Origin: an uncultured virus (IMG/VR IMGVR_UViG_2061766007_001638)
Lineage: Duplodnaviria > Heunggongvirae > Uroviricota > Caudoviricetes
Virus record (IMG/VR): IMGVR_UViG_2061766007_001638
DNA length: 64,000 nt
Reading direction: 5' to 3' (one strand)
In this document: piece after piece, positions 1 to 13,627 of the stretch
How positions within the stretch are numbered: position 1 is the first letter of the stretch
How the letters are laid out: every line of letters starts with the position of its first letter
Notes under the pieces: generated by a model
The model's database searches: none
Told to the model about the DNA's origin: nothing
The model's input: the letters and a program-made list of their open reading frames with translations, nothing else
Made by a program: the position numbers and the translations under genes

Positions 1-2927
1 CCCCGTCTCGGAACCCAGCCCCCTCATTTAAGGCACCTGGGTCACACCACCCAGGTGTGCCATTTTGACACACCTGGTACAACTGGGTTCATGTGGGTTT
101 ATCTGACAGACCTGGGTCATCTCATGCATGGAGGGGGGTTGTGTCCAAGGCAAGGGGGGTTGTCCAATGCCGNNNNNNNNNNNNNNNNNNNNNNNNNNNN
201 NNNNNNNGCTTCATTTGACTTGACAGCGGGGTGGCCTTTTGGTATAATTGAAGGCGGATTCTTTCGGAAATTATACCATATCCGCACCAGTTTGTCAAGT
301 CAAATACCCTTTCAATTGACTTGACAACGTATAGTCCTTTTGATATAATTGAGGCATGAAGAAAACAAGCAATGAAAAGTCCCCCTCATCCGTCAGGCTC
401 TTTCTGATGGGCGTCAAGGTCGTGTTATCCCGTCTGTACAGGCTTTTGTTTGGTATGCCGACAATTGACTTGACAGACTGAGAGCAATCTGGTATAATTG
501 AGGCGTAAAGCGAAAGGAGAAACGCCATGAAATGCCAGTTCAAAGTCACCATGAAAAGCAGCGGTTCAACAATCGTCCGTCTCATAAACACGTTCTCGGC
601 CTTTTCGGCTAGGTGCATAGCAAAGTACATCTATCCTGAATGTGAAATCGTCTCGGTGGAATAGCATTTGACTTGACAGACCACTCGCGTTATGGTATAA
701 TGGAAGCATGAAAGGAAACAATGAAATGAAAACCAGTTTCCACATAGTCTACCACTGGTCGGACGAATACGGCTCTTACGATGAATGGACGGAAGAGCGT
801 TCCGCTGAAAGTCTGGAATCGGTGAAAGCGGACATAGAAGATTATCTGAAAAGAGAACATAACGAAGTCGGGTTGCATTGTGACGGCATAACCATAGACG
901 TATATGTTAAATATACGCGGGTTGCCTGTGGGAAATATGAAGATGAGGAAACCGAATGGCTATCAGAAGACCGTTGGTAAATTGACTTGACAAAAGAAAA
1001 ACCATTTGGTATAATAGAAGCATGAAAGGAAAACAACCCATGAACAGAATGATGATTATCTCGGCTTATCTCTCCGCCCTTGCCGCTGAAAGCAAGCCCA
1101 CGAAGTCATGGACTGCCGTATATCTTCCACTTATTGTTGGAGAGACGGGGAAAATTGAGATTACCATTTACGCGGACACCTACGAAGAGGCGCATCGCAT
1201 CATGTGGAAGCACAAGCCAGAGCACTACTATCTTTCCTATCTTGGCAAGAATTGACTTGACAAGAGCGAAACAGTTTGGTATAATAGAGACATGAAAGGA
1301 AACAAAGAAATGAAAAACTGGATGGTGTTCTTCACTGTGAACTATCTCAACTACCATGCGAAGATTCGCGCGGCAAGCGCAGAGCAGGCGAAGTTTTTGG
1401 TGAAGGGGATGTATCCCACGGCAAAGCGCGTGCGGGCGAAACCCGCGCTCCTCTAATGACTTGACAGGCCTGGACAGGCTTGGTATAATGCGAAGCCCGC
1501 TGGACAGCGGGCTGGTTTTCGGAAATTATAGCGGAACGGGCGTTTCTCGTCAAGTCATTTCCCTAGGTTATTTGATTTGACTGGAGTGTCCCGTTTTGAT
1601 ATAATTGAGGCATGAAAGGAAATCAACCCATGAAAACCGAGAAGAATGTTCAAGTCAAGTTTCATTTTCTCAATAATCCCAGCATTGAGAATACAATAAG
1701 CGATACGGCTCTTCGTGAACTTCTCAGGGCGTTTGCGTCTGTACCGCTTGTGCCGTCTGGTCTTTACTATATTGAACTGTCGTTTAACACTCCTCGTGGA
1801 ATGAAAGCAATTCGTAAATATGCCGATTATAATCTTTATATGGAATTGAAACGCGCTTGCGCCCGTGCGGTAATGATTACCCGTTTGGCGGAACCCTAAA
1901 ACAAAAAAGCGAGCATGGGGGCTCGCTTTAATTTTCGGAAAATTATATCGTTTTCCAGTTTAACTGTCAAGTCATTTCCAGCCGTTGTTTAATTTGACAA
2001 CACATTCTATTTTTGGTATAATTGAGGCATAAAGGAAAGGAGTCCGACATGGCAAAGTTCCAGTATGCGCGAGAACTTGAAGAGTACGAAGCGGAAATTG
2101 AGTACGCGGAGTGGCAGGNNNNNNNNNNNNNNNNAAATGGAAGATTACTTCAGAGACAGGGATTTATTTGATTTGACAGATGGCGGGAACTTTGGTATAA
2201 TGGAGGCATGAAAGGAAACGAACCCATGAAAGCAATCTCCAATAAGCAGACCTTCATCCTCAAACTTGAACTCGGTAAAATCGCGTACGGAAATCCCCGC
2301 TATCGGGCGAACGCGGCAGAGGTCAATGTCGGCTTCCGTTACTTTGAGGCAAACGGGGAAAGTTATTTTACCGTGACGGGCGACATTTGGAATCGCACAC
2401 ATACGGATATTCTGAGCGGGGGTTGCATGACGCAAGAGACGATTTTGGAATATCTGCCCGAAAATGCGCTCTTGAAGAAGGTTTGCGAACTTGCAAAAAA
2501 GTATCATCTGAAGTATTTTTCTTCACTTAAAAGGAATGAGAAAAAAGAGATTTTTGAAGTCATGGACATGATTATGGCAGACTGGAGGAAATGAAAATGA
2601 AAATTGACGCCATTACACGCGAGAAAATTGTAATTGCAATGGATTTATACGGATGGGAACAGGACGGAAAAGGGCCGACATTCGTCAATGTGAAGTGTGA
2701 CGGGGAGCGTAAAACCTTCAAAAACTGGAACGAGGTGTTGGATTTTGTGGTTATGGTTGCCAAAAGTTGAAAAACGGGGCGTGGACAAGGGGGGCCACGC
2801 CTTTTTTGATTTTTGCCGAAAATTATACCAGAACTGGGGCGGTTTGTCAAGTTATTTCCAAGGGTAATTGATTTGACAAACTCATTGTCTTTTGGTATAA
2901 TTGAGGCGTAAAGGAAAGGAAAAAGAA

Positions 2928-3020
2928 ATGGTAAAGATGACAAACGGATTCCGCGTGATTTGGGTTGCCGAAGATGACGTGTATGACGCAAAGAAGGACG
3001 GGTTTTGGGTGTGTCGCTGA
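2928..3020 (+). CDS. 30-aa peptide MVKMTNGFRVIWVAEDDVYDAKKDGFWVCR (paralog of 7651..7743)
   Basis: Own promoter and AAGGA SD; near-identical second copy with mostly conservative changes. Confidence 0.75.
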   Translation: MVKMTNGFRVIWVAEDDVYDAKKDGFWVCR

Positions 3021-5408
3021 CACGCCCGCCGAATTGACTTGACAAAGAGAAAACCATTTGGTATAATGGAGCCATGAAAGGAAAACAACCCATGAAAAAG
3101 ATTACGATGTCCGAGTTCAACGCATATCCCGAGTTCATGCACAATGGCGTGTTGTCCATTGAAATCGGGGGAAAGATTTATTCAAAGCAGGGCGTTTACA
3201 ACCTTCTCGTGGCCATGGGGATGATTGTGGATTAAACTTGACAGAAGGAAAACGGTTTGGTATAATATAGGCACAACGAAACAAAAGGAAAAAGAAAATG
3301 AAAGAGACGTTCAAGTACAAGTTTTTTGGGGATTGCGGCTTCATTGACGATTTCTACAATGATTCCATTCCAGTTGAGCGCATTACTAAACTGGAAATCA
3401 AAAACGAAAACATGGCGATTTCCGTCAATTTGACCGATTCCGAGGTGAAGGAAACCGTTTCAAAACTTCTCACGAACTTTTCGCCCGATGAGGTAATTGA
3501 CATTCTTGCCGACATTATCCACGAAAAGAAACAGAATGGCTAATGGCGAGGGGCGAAAGCCCCGCGCCGACTTTCGGAAATTATAGCAACGCTGGCGATT
3601 TCCGTCAAGTTATTTCCAATGGTAATTGATTTGACAAACGACTTGTCTTTTGGTATAATTGAGGCATGAAAGGAAAACAAGCCATGCGCGAAAACTGGAT
3701 TCTTGAGACGATAGAGAACATGAAAAAGACTGCGGAACGGGACAACTCCATGCCGTCCGAGTTCAAGGCGGGATATATCCAGGCATTGAAGAACATCCTT
3801 TTTGTGGCGACCGAGAAGTAATTGGCTTGACAAGTCTCCCGAAGTATGGTATAATAGAGGCATAAGGAGAAACCCATGAGAATCAAACACTTCGCTGGTT
3901 ATGGTTGCGTGAACGCAAAGAAGGTAAAGAGAACGGATGATACACTTGTCGTCCATGTGTGGGGAAACCATGAACGCGGAATATATCGGAATGACTATTA
4001 CGATATTTTCAACTGGCTCGTCAAGCGGTTTGACAAAACGCGTAATGACTATTTTCNNNNNNNNNNNNNNNNNNNNNNNNNNGGAGTATTGGGAAGACGG
4101 CAAGCCATGCGGAACCGACCACTGTATCTACACCATAACTTTCAGAAACTAACAGGAAATAAGCAAAAAAGCGAAAAACAGGCTGGCCCCCTATGGGGGC
4201 CACGCCTTTTTGTTTTCGNNNNNNNNNNNNNNNNNNNNNNNNNNNAAGTTATTTCCTTCTGTCTTTTAATTTGACCGAAGCCTTGTCTTTTGGCATGAAA
4301 GGAAACAAACCCATGATTACGATGTCAGATGGAAACAATACGATTCAAGTCACGCCCGCGCAGGCGTATCAGGCGATTCTTGACGGATACCTCCCCGTGT
4401 GAATTGTCTTGACAAGAGCGAAACGGTTTGGTATAATAGAGGCATAAAGGAAAACGAGAAAGGAAAAACCCATGAACGAACCCACCACCTACACCTATCT
4501 CCTCAAAATCAAAATTGACGGGGGAGCCGCATTTCAGAAAACCCGCGTAATGAGCATCCGCGCCCGTGGGTACGAGTATGCGGTGGATGAGGCATTTGAA
4601 AAACTGTACAACGAGTTTTCGGGAGTTGTCGCCTTCTTCAATGTGGTAGACTGGAAGCGCATCTAATCGGGAATTGAANNNNNNNNNNCACAGGCACAGG
4701 CAGGAATGATTCAACCGCGCATCGGTCGCTACGGCATCTGCGGATATGATGTAATTGTCAAGGGTCTTGAATGTATCCTCTTTCGCACGAAGAGGTTGGC
4801 GCGTAGGTGGATGGAAGCGCATGGATATGAAATCGTAGGGGAATGAAAGGAGAAACAGGAAATGGAAAAAATCATCATCAGTTTAATTTTCGCGTGGGCA
4901 ATCCTCTTTATCGTGGACAAGAAGTGATTGACTTGACAGGCCGACAGAAGTCTGGTATAATAGAGGCATGAAAGGAAATCAACCCATGATAAATCCCGCG
5001 ATGAAAACTCGGCTTCAAGAAGTAAGCGAACTTTCCGTACTTAGCAAAAGCATAATTGCGGATTTACTGGTCGAACTGGAAACGCTTTCCAAAATGTCGG
5101 CCCCCGCCAGAATAGACTTTGAAAGCAAGTTTTACTTTGCCCTTGAAAAGTACGTCCAGTACAGCATAGAGGCATTTGACTTGACAAACAGGAAGTAATC
5201 TGGTATAATAGAGGCATAAAGGAAAACGAGAAAGGAAAAACCCATGAACGNNNNNNNNNNCTGGTATAATTGGAGGGGGGCACAGGTTTTCTGTTTCGGA
5301 AAATTATATCGAATCGGGGGAGTTTTGTCAAGTCAATTCATTGTCGGCATTTGATTTGACAAGATGATTGCCTTTTGGTATAATTGAGGCATGAAAGGAA
5401 ATCAAACA

Positions 5409-5693
5409 ATGAACACGAACACCGCAAGCCGTCCCCTTCACTCCATCGCGTCCGAGGCAATCATGGACATGGAATCAATCGCCCGTGGCAAGGGAAAGTA
5501 TTGGAGGAATGTCTTTCCGTATCTCGCGCCCTACGCGGACGCCATGCTTTCGCTCAATTCCACAAGCGACAATTACGGTTTTGACAGTGGATATGAAATC
5601 GTCTGCCGTTTCATCAGCAACGCGGCAACATGGAAGGGCGAGACCGCAAAGCGCGTAAAGGCGGAATTGAGGAAAATGGTCGGGTTGAAGTAA
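5409..5693 (+). CDS. Conserved phage hypothetical protein
   Basis: Motif PYxDAMxxL...D.YG.DS...FxSNAxxWKG..AK.VK.EL resembles a widespread small phage family; SD-led ATG. Confidence 0.65.
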   Translation: MNTNTASRPLHSIASEAIMDMESIARGKGKYWRNVFPYLAPYADAMLSLNSTSDNYGFDSGYEIVCRFISNAATWKGETAKRVKAELRKMVGLK

Positions 5694-6548
5694 TTGACTT
5701 GACACGAACGAAACAATCTGGTATAATAGACACGTAAACGAAAAACAAAAGGAGAAAAACCATGAACAAGTCCATCACCACAGTCACCCTCACCACGAAG
5801 AGTCTTGAAGCCCGCGAGGCGTGCGCCATCCTCCACCAGTACGAAGGCCAGCGCGTCCGCTGCACCTTCATCACGAAGAAGGTTCAGCCTGACGGCTCGC
5901 ACGTCCGCATCATGGATTTCGTGCCGCACTTCCAGTACAACGCCACGCTCGGCATCATCTCCACCCCCCAGGGAAAGCGCATGGTCGCCACGAAGGCGCA
6001 CCGCGACATGATTACCGTCATGGAAATTGACGGTGAGACGGTCAAGCCCCGTACCGTGAATCTTTCCAAGGTCGTTTCAATCGTGCCGATTGCCGCCTAG
6101 CGGANNNNNNNNNNNNNNNNNNNNNNNNNNNNNNNNNNNNNNNNNNNNNNNNNNNNNNNNNNNNNNCAAGTCAAATCCCTTCCGCGCCAGTCTGCGGAAT
6201 TGACTTGACGGCTCAATGGTTTTTTGGTATAATTGCATGGGGGCCACGGATTTTCGCTTTCGGAAAATTATACCGTTCGGCCTGCATTTTGTCAAGTCAA
6301 TTCATCGGGTCTGGAATTGATTTGACACGCTCATTACTTTTTGGTATAATTGAGGCATGAAAGGAACGCTTCAAATGGACATCCGCAAACACCGCTTTGT
6401 GCCGCAATTCTCCACCGCCACGCGCGTAATCGTGGACAAAAGGCGGAAACAGAAAAACCGCAGGTTTTTGAACAATCCCAAAAACTGGAATTGATTTGAC
6501 AAGAGCGAAACCATTTGGTATAATAGAGGCATGAAAGGAAAAAAACCC

Positions 6549-7223
6549 ATGAACACCCACAACCGCGAGAAGTTTCAGACCATTGAATCATTCAAAAAAG
6601 AGTATGGCGTGCACATTTGCACAAGCCACACGGGAAAGATGACGGGCTTCGCGTCTCTCTCCACTTCGCCCATGGTGAACACATTTTGCCAAAATCGCGC
6701 AAAATGCAAGGGGACAATCTGCGCCATGTGCTACTCCATGCGTATGCAGAAAATGTACAGCGCGTTGGATAAGGCGTTGGTGAAGAACCACGAGGTTTTG
6801 ACAAGTCAGATTATCCCTGTTGAGAAAATGCCGCTTCTGAATTACCTCATGTTCCGCTTTGAGAGTTTTGGCGACATTCAGAACGAGATTCAAGTTATCA
6901 ACTATTTCAATATGTGCAAGCGCAATCCCCGCGTGCAGTTTACAATCTGGACGAAAAACTACGCGATTTTTGACAAACTGCTCCGTGAAGGATATGAGGG
7001 CGTGAAGTACGAAAAGCCGAAAAACCTCATTCTGATTATCTCCTCCCCCGTTGTGAACCAGCCAGTCAAAATTGAAAGTTTCCCGTTCGCGGACAAGGTT
7101 TTCACGGTCTACAGTAAAGAATATGCCGCTCTGAACGGGGTCAAGATAAACTGTGGCGCGCTTTCGTGCATGACCTGTCAGAAATGCTANNNNNNNNNNN
7201 NNNNNNNNNNAACGAACTTCTGA
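6549..7223 (+). CDS. Gp88-like (radical-SAM-like, Cys-rich) phage protein; 3' end in gap
   Basis: TGKM..S.S..C...C.MCY, FRFESFGD, FTIWTK and C-terminal C..C..C motifs match the GP88 family as I recall it. Confidence 0.65.
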   Translation: MNTHNREKFQTIESFKKEYGVHICTSHTGKMTGFASLSTSPMVNTFCQNRAKCKGTICAMCYSMRMQKMYSALDKALVKNHEVLTSQIIPVEKMPLLNYLMFRFESFGDIQNEIQVINYFNMCKRNPRVQFTIWTKNYAIFDKLLREGYEGVKYEKPKNLILIISSPVVNQPVKIESFPFADKVFTVYSKEYAALNGVKINCGALSCMTCQKCXXXXXXXXTNF

Positions 7224-7650
7224 AATAGGCAACGCGCTTAGAAAAAAGAGGCTGGACGGCGAACGCCGCCCAGCCCTGTATTTTTTCCGAAGGGGGCCGA
7301 GGATTTTTCCGAAAATTATACCAGATTTCCGCCGCGTTGTCAAGTTATTTCCACCTGTATTCTGTCGGGAATTGATTTGACGGGCCCCGCATTTTTTGGT
7401 ATAATTGAGGCATGAAAGGAAAACTGGAAATGAGATACACGTTGATTCTGAATGGGGAAATCCACAAAAAGTTTCAATCTCTGCGCGACCTCGCGGTCTA
7501 CATTTTCTGCTCTGACCTGATGGAGAAGAAATACCGCTCAATCTGTTTCAGCGGAAACACCTGCGAAATACTCGCTTGCGACAAATAACTTGACAGGCCT
7601 GGGATTTTTGGTATAATAGAACCGTAAACGAAAAACGAAGGAGTAAAACA

Positions 7651-7743
7651 ATGGTAAAGATGACTGACGGCTTCCGCGTGATATGGGTATCTGAAGATGA
7701 CGTCTATGACGCTAAAAAGGACGGGTTTTGGATTTGTCGGTGA
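7651..7743 (+). CDS. 30-aa peptide, paralog of 2928..3020
   Basis: MVKMTDGFRVIWVSEDDVYDAKKDGFWICR after promoter and AAGGAG. Confidence 0.75.
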   Translation: MVKMTDGFRVIWVSEDDVYDAKKDGFWICR

Positions 7744-8822
7744 CAAACCAATAAACTTGACAAGGTGAAATCAATTTGGTATAATACAAGCACAAGCAAC
7801 AAAACAAACAACACAAACAAAAACACAAGGAGTAAAACAATGTCTTACATCTCTCTCGGCTACACTCTCGCCCGCAAGATTCTCGCAAACCTCGACAAGG
7901 CCAGCGCGAACGGCAACGGAAACGTTGTCTACTCCCCGTGGGGCGTGTTCCGTATGTACAAGTCTAACAAGCGGGGACGTTTCTACTCAATCAGCAAGAG
8001 CACGGTGTTCCACAATGGCGGCTCTTNNNNNNNNNNNNNNNNNNNNNNNNNNNNTGCCTGTTGCTTGAGTGAAGAGGCCCCGCCCGAAAGGGTGGGGCCT
8101 CGCTTTTTGGCATTTTCCGAAAATTATACCAAAACGCGGCGCGCCTGTCAAGTTATTTCCAGCGGTAATTGATTTGACAGCCCCCGTATTTTTTGGTATA
8201 ATTGAGGCATGAAAGGAAACGAACCCATGAACAGAATAAGCCTAGTGAAAAAGCAGGGATTTTGGTATGTCTACGGAGACGGAGACCCAAAAGTTTTTCC
8301 TACCGAGAAATCTGCCCTTGAACACTGTTATGTCATGGGGTGGGTATGTGTGGACAAAACCGATTGCGGTGATTTCGCCATGTACTCTATGATTCAGGAT
8401 TGACTTGACAGAGGCCCAGGTTTTTGGTATAATGGAGGCATAAGAGGAAAACCCATGAAAACCTACATCTTCACCTATTCCAAAAAGACACGCGCTGGAT
8501 ACTGGCGGGNNNNNNNNNNNNNNNNNNNNNNNNNNNNNNNNNNNNNNNNNNNNNNNNNNTTAGGGACATTTTCATTTCTGCCGTTGAAGTGGTGAAAAGC
8601 GAAGTTTGCGGGTACAGGTTCGTAGAGGTTCATGGGGGAGAATACTATCACCATGACTACAAGAAAAACGCCATAGTTCGCAAAAAGCAGAATTGGGAAC
8701 CCGTTTATTACGATTATAAACTAAAGAAGTGGTGGGTTTGCGGGAAGAGGAACTGCTTGGAGAAATAACTTGACAACTGTCCGAGAGAATGATATAATAG
8801 AGGCATGAAAGGAACGGAACCC

Positions 8823-9080
8823 ATGAATGAGAAAAAAGAAATCTGCGAGAAAATCTTTGCCATGCACATGATTATGAAAAATCTAAATGACGAGGATATT
8901 CTCATGGCGTGGCTTTCGGAAGGCGTACCAGACGGCACGGAAACGCTTGGGGATGTGCTCGACCTGTACGAATATACGGAATTGATTGAATTGGAAGAGG
9001 AATACAAAAACCTTCAATTCGTGTTCGGCAGACTTGTGCGCTGGGCGACAAGTGACGGATGTTGCAACTGGCTTTGCTAG
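8823..9080 (+). CDS. Hypothetical protein ending in TAG, in frame with the next ORF
   Basis: SD-led ATG; TAG overlaps the SD (TAGGAGG) of 9084..9281. Confidence 0.7.
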   Translation: MNEKKEICEKIFAMHMIMKNLNDEDILMAWLSEGVPDGTETLGDVLDLYEYTELIELEEEYKNLQFVFGRLVRWATSDGCCNWLC

Positions 9081-9337
9081 GAGGTGGATATGGACGAAAA
9101 GACAAAGTTTATTCCCGAAACGGTTGGAGAACTGGCGGAGTTTCTGAAGGGATTTCCGCCCGAGACTAAACTGGATGTGCAGATGCAGTACCCGACAGAC
9201 TTTGGCATGGACGAAAACTCGTCAAACAAGGTCAGGGTAGAACACGAGAGCGGCTGGCTCTGCCTTACGATTCTGTTCTAATAACTTGACAATACCAAAA
9301 CGATTTGGTATAATAGAGGCATGAAAGGAAACAGAAA

Positions 9338-9682
9338 ATGAAAGCGACCGAATCTTTTGAGTACGAATCCAAGTACGGCACGAAGTACACCGTGAGTTTC
9401 GCCAAGGGGCGTTACGGTAACGGGAACCTCGCCCTTGAAATGATGGGGGCGGCAGGAACGGAATACGAAGGAGAGCCGATTGTCCGCGTGACAGTCAATC
9501 CCGACATCCCGCTCCCCGATACGCAGATTGCGATAAAGGACTATTCTGAAAACGAGGGAATGGCGGATTTCTGCAAAAAAATCGGAATCATCGGTAAGTT
9601 GGTTCGCACGATTCCTTCGGGATGGGTTCAGATTCCAGTCTATGAACTGACGGACAAGGGACTGGAGATTTTCAAGGACTAG
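9338..9682 (+). CDS. DUF4313-like phage protein
   Basis: Y.NG.LA...GEP....TVN...L....IKDYSENEGM motif. Confidence 0.6.
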   Translation: MKATESFEYESKYGTKYTVSFAKGRYGNGNLALEMMGAAGTEYEGEPIVRVTVNPDIPLPDTQIAIKDYSENEGMADFCKKIGIIGKLVRTIPSGWVQIPVYELTDKGLEIFKD

Positions 9683-11170
9683 GGCGTAGGATTTCATGGG
9701 TGGCTGGCCCCGACCTTTCACGGGGCCAGCCTTTTTCGTTTTCGGAAAATTATAGCGGAACTTCCCATTCCCGTCAAGTTATTTCCACCCATGAATTGAC
9801 TTGACAGGGCTTGGATTTTTTGGTATAATTGGGGCATGAAAGGAAATCCCATGAACATCGCTGAAAAACTGGAAAACCTCGCCATGACGCCCGATGACTG
9901 GGGAGTGTACAATTCACTTGTTGATTCCGACACTTACAGGAAAACCGTGAATCTCTACCAAAAGCGCGAGTTTGCCAAACTTCCACAGTGCAATGTCGCT
10001 TTCGGCATCTGCATCTACTATTGCGGAGGACACTGCACGAGAAAGAAGGAATGGTGCAGGCATCAGTCGGGGAATTGACTTGACAACCAAGCAACCATTT
10101 GGTATAATAGAAGCATGAAAGGAAACAAGCCCATGACGATGAAAGACCTCTGTGCGGAAATCAGCGGATTCGCGGGAATCGCATCCAGTATTTCCAAGAA
10201 ATACGATGTGAACATATACTTGAAGGACATCCGTGACGAGGACGAGAACCCAATTGCCCCGAATATCGTAATCGGATATTCGGGAACGGACGAAAAGAAA
10301 AATACGGATTTCAACTGGGCGTTTGAGGACTTGCAGAAAATCCTCGTCCTCAACGGATTTGTCATGTACTACGAGTGCTCTGGTGACGGGGACAACGAAA
10401 TCCTAATGTCATACAGGGTCAGTTGAATTGACTTGACAGGGGTCTGTGATTTTGGTATAATGGAAGCATGAAAGGAAAACCCATGAACGCAAGAACGATT
10501 GTTTTTGAAGGCAAGGAATATCCCGCGAGGGAAGTGGAAGTCAAGGGCTTTGGAGCGGTTATCGTATCCGTCACTAGTCTGAACACAAAGTTGGTGGACA
10601 TGAACGGAATCCCGATTTCCCAAGAAGCGGAAAATATAGACGATGGCATCTTTTTCTTCTTGGAAGACTCTGAAATTGTCCTTTCAGACGAGGAAATAGA
10701 AAAGATTATCCTTGAAAACATTTGATTTGACAGGGGTCTGTGATTTTGGTATAATGGAGGCACAAGGAGAAAAACCCATGAAAGTAAGCGAAGTCGGATT
10801 TGTCTATTCTGAGCATTACAGGCGCGATGACCTCGGGCGCGAAGCCGCGATTCGTTCCATTGGAGGTGACGGCACGAATGTGATTGCGAAGTTCTACTGG
10901 GACAAGGGTCACGCGGCAGGAGCGGAGTGGCATTGGGTCACGGACAACGGAATCATCATCGTGACGAATGTCAACAAGAATGGCGGGAAACTGGTCTGCA
11001 CGAAACTCATCGCACGCCCACAACAACTTTTGAGGTACACCCAAATGGGAATCCCCAACGAACTGGACGAAAAGACGAAGCGCATGAGGAACTGGATTAT
11101 GCCGCAGCGCCTAGTGGGTTTGGCGAGGGTTCACCAGTCAAAGGGTCTGAATCTTTCGTAAACGATTTAC

Positions 11171-11267
11171 GCACAGAGCCGCACCTTTCGTATTAGTGGT
11201 CAGTACGCTCCCCGACAGGGGGAGAGAGGTTGGTTCAAGTCCAACAAGGTCAAAGTCGGTTCTGTGC
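11171..11267 (+). ncRNA. tRNA-like RNA with extended acceptor stem
   Basis: D-arm GTATTAGTGGTCAGTAC, stem CTCCC/GGGAG, T-arm GTTGG-TTCAAGT-CCAAC, closed by GCACAGAGCCG/CGGTTCTGTGC; no CCA. Confidence 0.6.
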
Positions 11268-11338
11268 AACTCGTTGGGATGAATTGGGACGTCACCCGTT
11301 GTCTAAAAGCCGCCCCATCCCCTTCGGGGGTCTGATTT

Positions 11339-11438
11339 TTCCTCCTTCCTGGTTGAGGGTTCACCACGGGAATTAGCGCTACCCGTGGGGCGAGATTACG
11401 CTGATTGAGAATGCGGGTTCGACTCCCGTTGGGAGGAA
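11339..11438 (+). ncRNA. tRNA-like structured RNA
   Basis: TTCCTCC/GGAGGAA terminal stem, CCACGGG/CCCGTGG hairpin, T-arm GCGGG-TTCGACT-CCCGT. Confidence 0.5.
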
Positions 11439-13067
11439 TGCTCTTTCATGGGTGGCGAGGCCCTGACCTTTCACGGGGCCTCGCTTTTTCGNNNNNNNNN
11501 NAGGCCGTCAAGTTATTTCCCTTGGCAATTGATTTGACAGGGCTTGTATTTTTTGGTATAATTAAGGCATAACGGACGGGGAAGACTCGTAGGTGTGGAT
11601 TTCGCCNNNNNNNNNNCCTCTGCAAGAACCTGTCCCGAAACCTCTGGATATGATGCTTCGGGGATAATTGAAAGTACATCGCGCAACAGGCATTGGCGGT
11701 GATATTGCGACTAAAGCCCGTGGGCGGGAAATGCGCAATCCCAAAACCCGACCCCTCTACGAAACGAGGGGGAAACCCTTTAACTTGACAACTTCCAGCC
11801 TTTTGGTATAATGGAAGCATGAAAGGAACGAACCCATGAAGAAACAGGCGAAAATCATTTTCTACGCGACAGACCAAAGCACCACTTGCGTTGACGAACA
11901 GACAGGTGACAATCCCTTTCAGAACCTTGTGGAAGAGGAACGCAAGGGAGGAAACTACTACGGGATTGGCACTTACACATACAGGAAACTGCTTGAAGAT
12001 AACGGCTACGAATGGTTGGAAATCCACCATAACGGAGATTATGGCACGAACTATGTCGCAAAAAGCGAGAATTACGAGTTCAACGGATGGGACGCGAAGC
12101 ATGGAATTGAAATCGGGGACACGACTTTTTGGAACGGTCGCATAGAGAAGAAAAAGAAATAACTTGACTGTTGTCTGAAACTTTGGTATAATAGAGGCAT
12201 GAAAGGAAACGAACTAATGAAAGCAACCGAACAGAAGATTCTCTGTATGCTCGTCATCATGTCCACTATACAGGACATTCTCAAAAAGTGGACAACCGAC
12301 CCCGAGGCGCTGACGGATGCGGAACTGACCGAAATCTTCAATAACACCTCGTTCACTTGCAACGCTGACACGTTGGATTTCTTGGACAACCTTGAGACGA
12401 TTTACTCGAAGGTTGTGGTCATGGCAGCACAGAAGGGCCACGAGATTGCCATCAAATAACTTGACAGTCCTTTTTGAGTTTGGTATAATTGGGGCACGAA
12501 AGGAAACGGATAATGACAATCTCATTCTTCAAGTATGTCTATCCAAACCGATTCTTCGGTCGGGAACTGGAGCGCACGGAGACATTCACGAACATGGACG
12601 ACGCGGTGGCGTCCTTCAAAGACTGCTTCAAGCACCACCTCGGACGGAAACCGACTGTCGGACAGGTTGACAAGATGAAGGCGTTTTCCGTTGTCACCGT
12701 GAAGAAAGGACAACTGGAATACGAGTTCTCGTTCTCCTTCGTGAAATGACTTGACAGAACCAAAGCAGTTTGGTATAATGGAGGCATGAAAGGAAACGAA
12801 CCCATGAGCAACGAATTGATGGAAAAACTCATGTCAATCTACTGGAAGTCCGTGGTGGGCATGAGAGACGAGATAAAGGCAAAACTCGTCAGCGGGAACT
12901 GCTCCGCCACGATGAAGAATTACTACGATGGATTTCTCAGGGGAATTGAACATTCCATTGAGTTGTCAAAAGCCTGTTTCTCTGACTTGCTCCCATCGGG
13001 GCATTTGACTTGACAGAGAAGAAACCATTTGGTATAATAAAAGCACAAGCAAACGAAAGGAAAAACA

Positions 13068-13514
13068 ATGAGAATCAACAAGACAACCACCGAGTACATC
13101 AAGGGTCTCGTCCGCGCCAAGGCGCAGCCCAAGGTTGACGCGCTAAACGCCACTCTTGAAAAGGTCAAGGCGAAGGACACCTCTCTCCGTGCCGCCTTCA
13201 AGGCCGAGATTGACAAGTTGAAGGAGAAGGCGACTGCCGATGCAATCCGTCTCGCAAAGAAGTTCAAGATTGACGTTTTCCACTACACGAACTGGCGAAA
13301 CGAGTTGGACGAGAGGAAAGTCAGCGTGGACTTCAGCGACTTCACGGAGGATAGCACCTTCACACCGAACAAGACCGAAATTGAGAAAATCGAGTCTCAG
13401 ATTGAGGAACTTGACAAAAAAATCGAGAAGAAGTGCACCGAGGTAATCGCACGCCTTTCCCTTGGCGGGACTGCCGCAGACCTTGACCGCCTCATCGCGG
13501 AACTCAAGTTCTAA
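13068..13514 (+). CDS. Coiled-coil hypothetical protein
   Basis: SD-led ORF with biased codon usage, followed by a hairpin. Confidence 0.75.
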   Translation: MRINKTTTEYIKGLVRAKAQPKVDALNATLEKVKAKDTSLRAAFKAEIDKLKEKATADAIRLAKKFKIDVFHYTNWRNELDERKVSVDFSDFTEDSTFTPNKTEIEKIESQIEELDKKIEKKCTEVIARLSLGGTAADLDRLIAELKF

Positions 13515-13627
13515 TCTCCCTCGCGGGCGGGAGGGAAGTCCTCCCGTCCGCGTTATGCAAGAGCGGGGATTTGACTTGACTGGGGTCTGGGTTTTTGGTA
13601 TAATGGAGCCATGAAAGGAAAACAACA

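Noticed and set aside
1..172. Genome terminus or packaging site (CACCTGG repeats, hairpin 33-60)
   Set aside because: Plausible given the adjacent early region, but cannot be supported without the rest of the genome or read-end data
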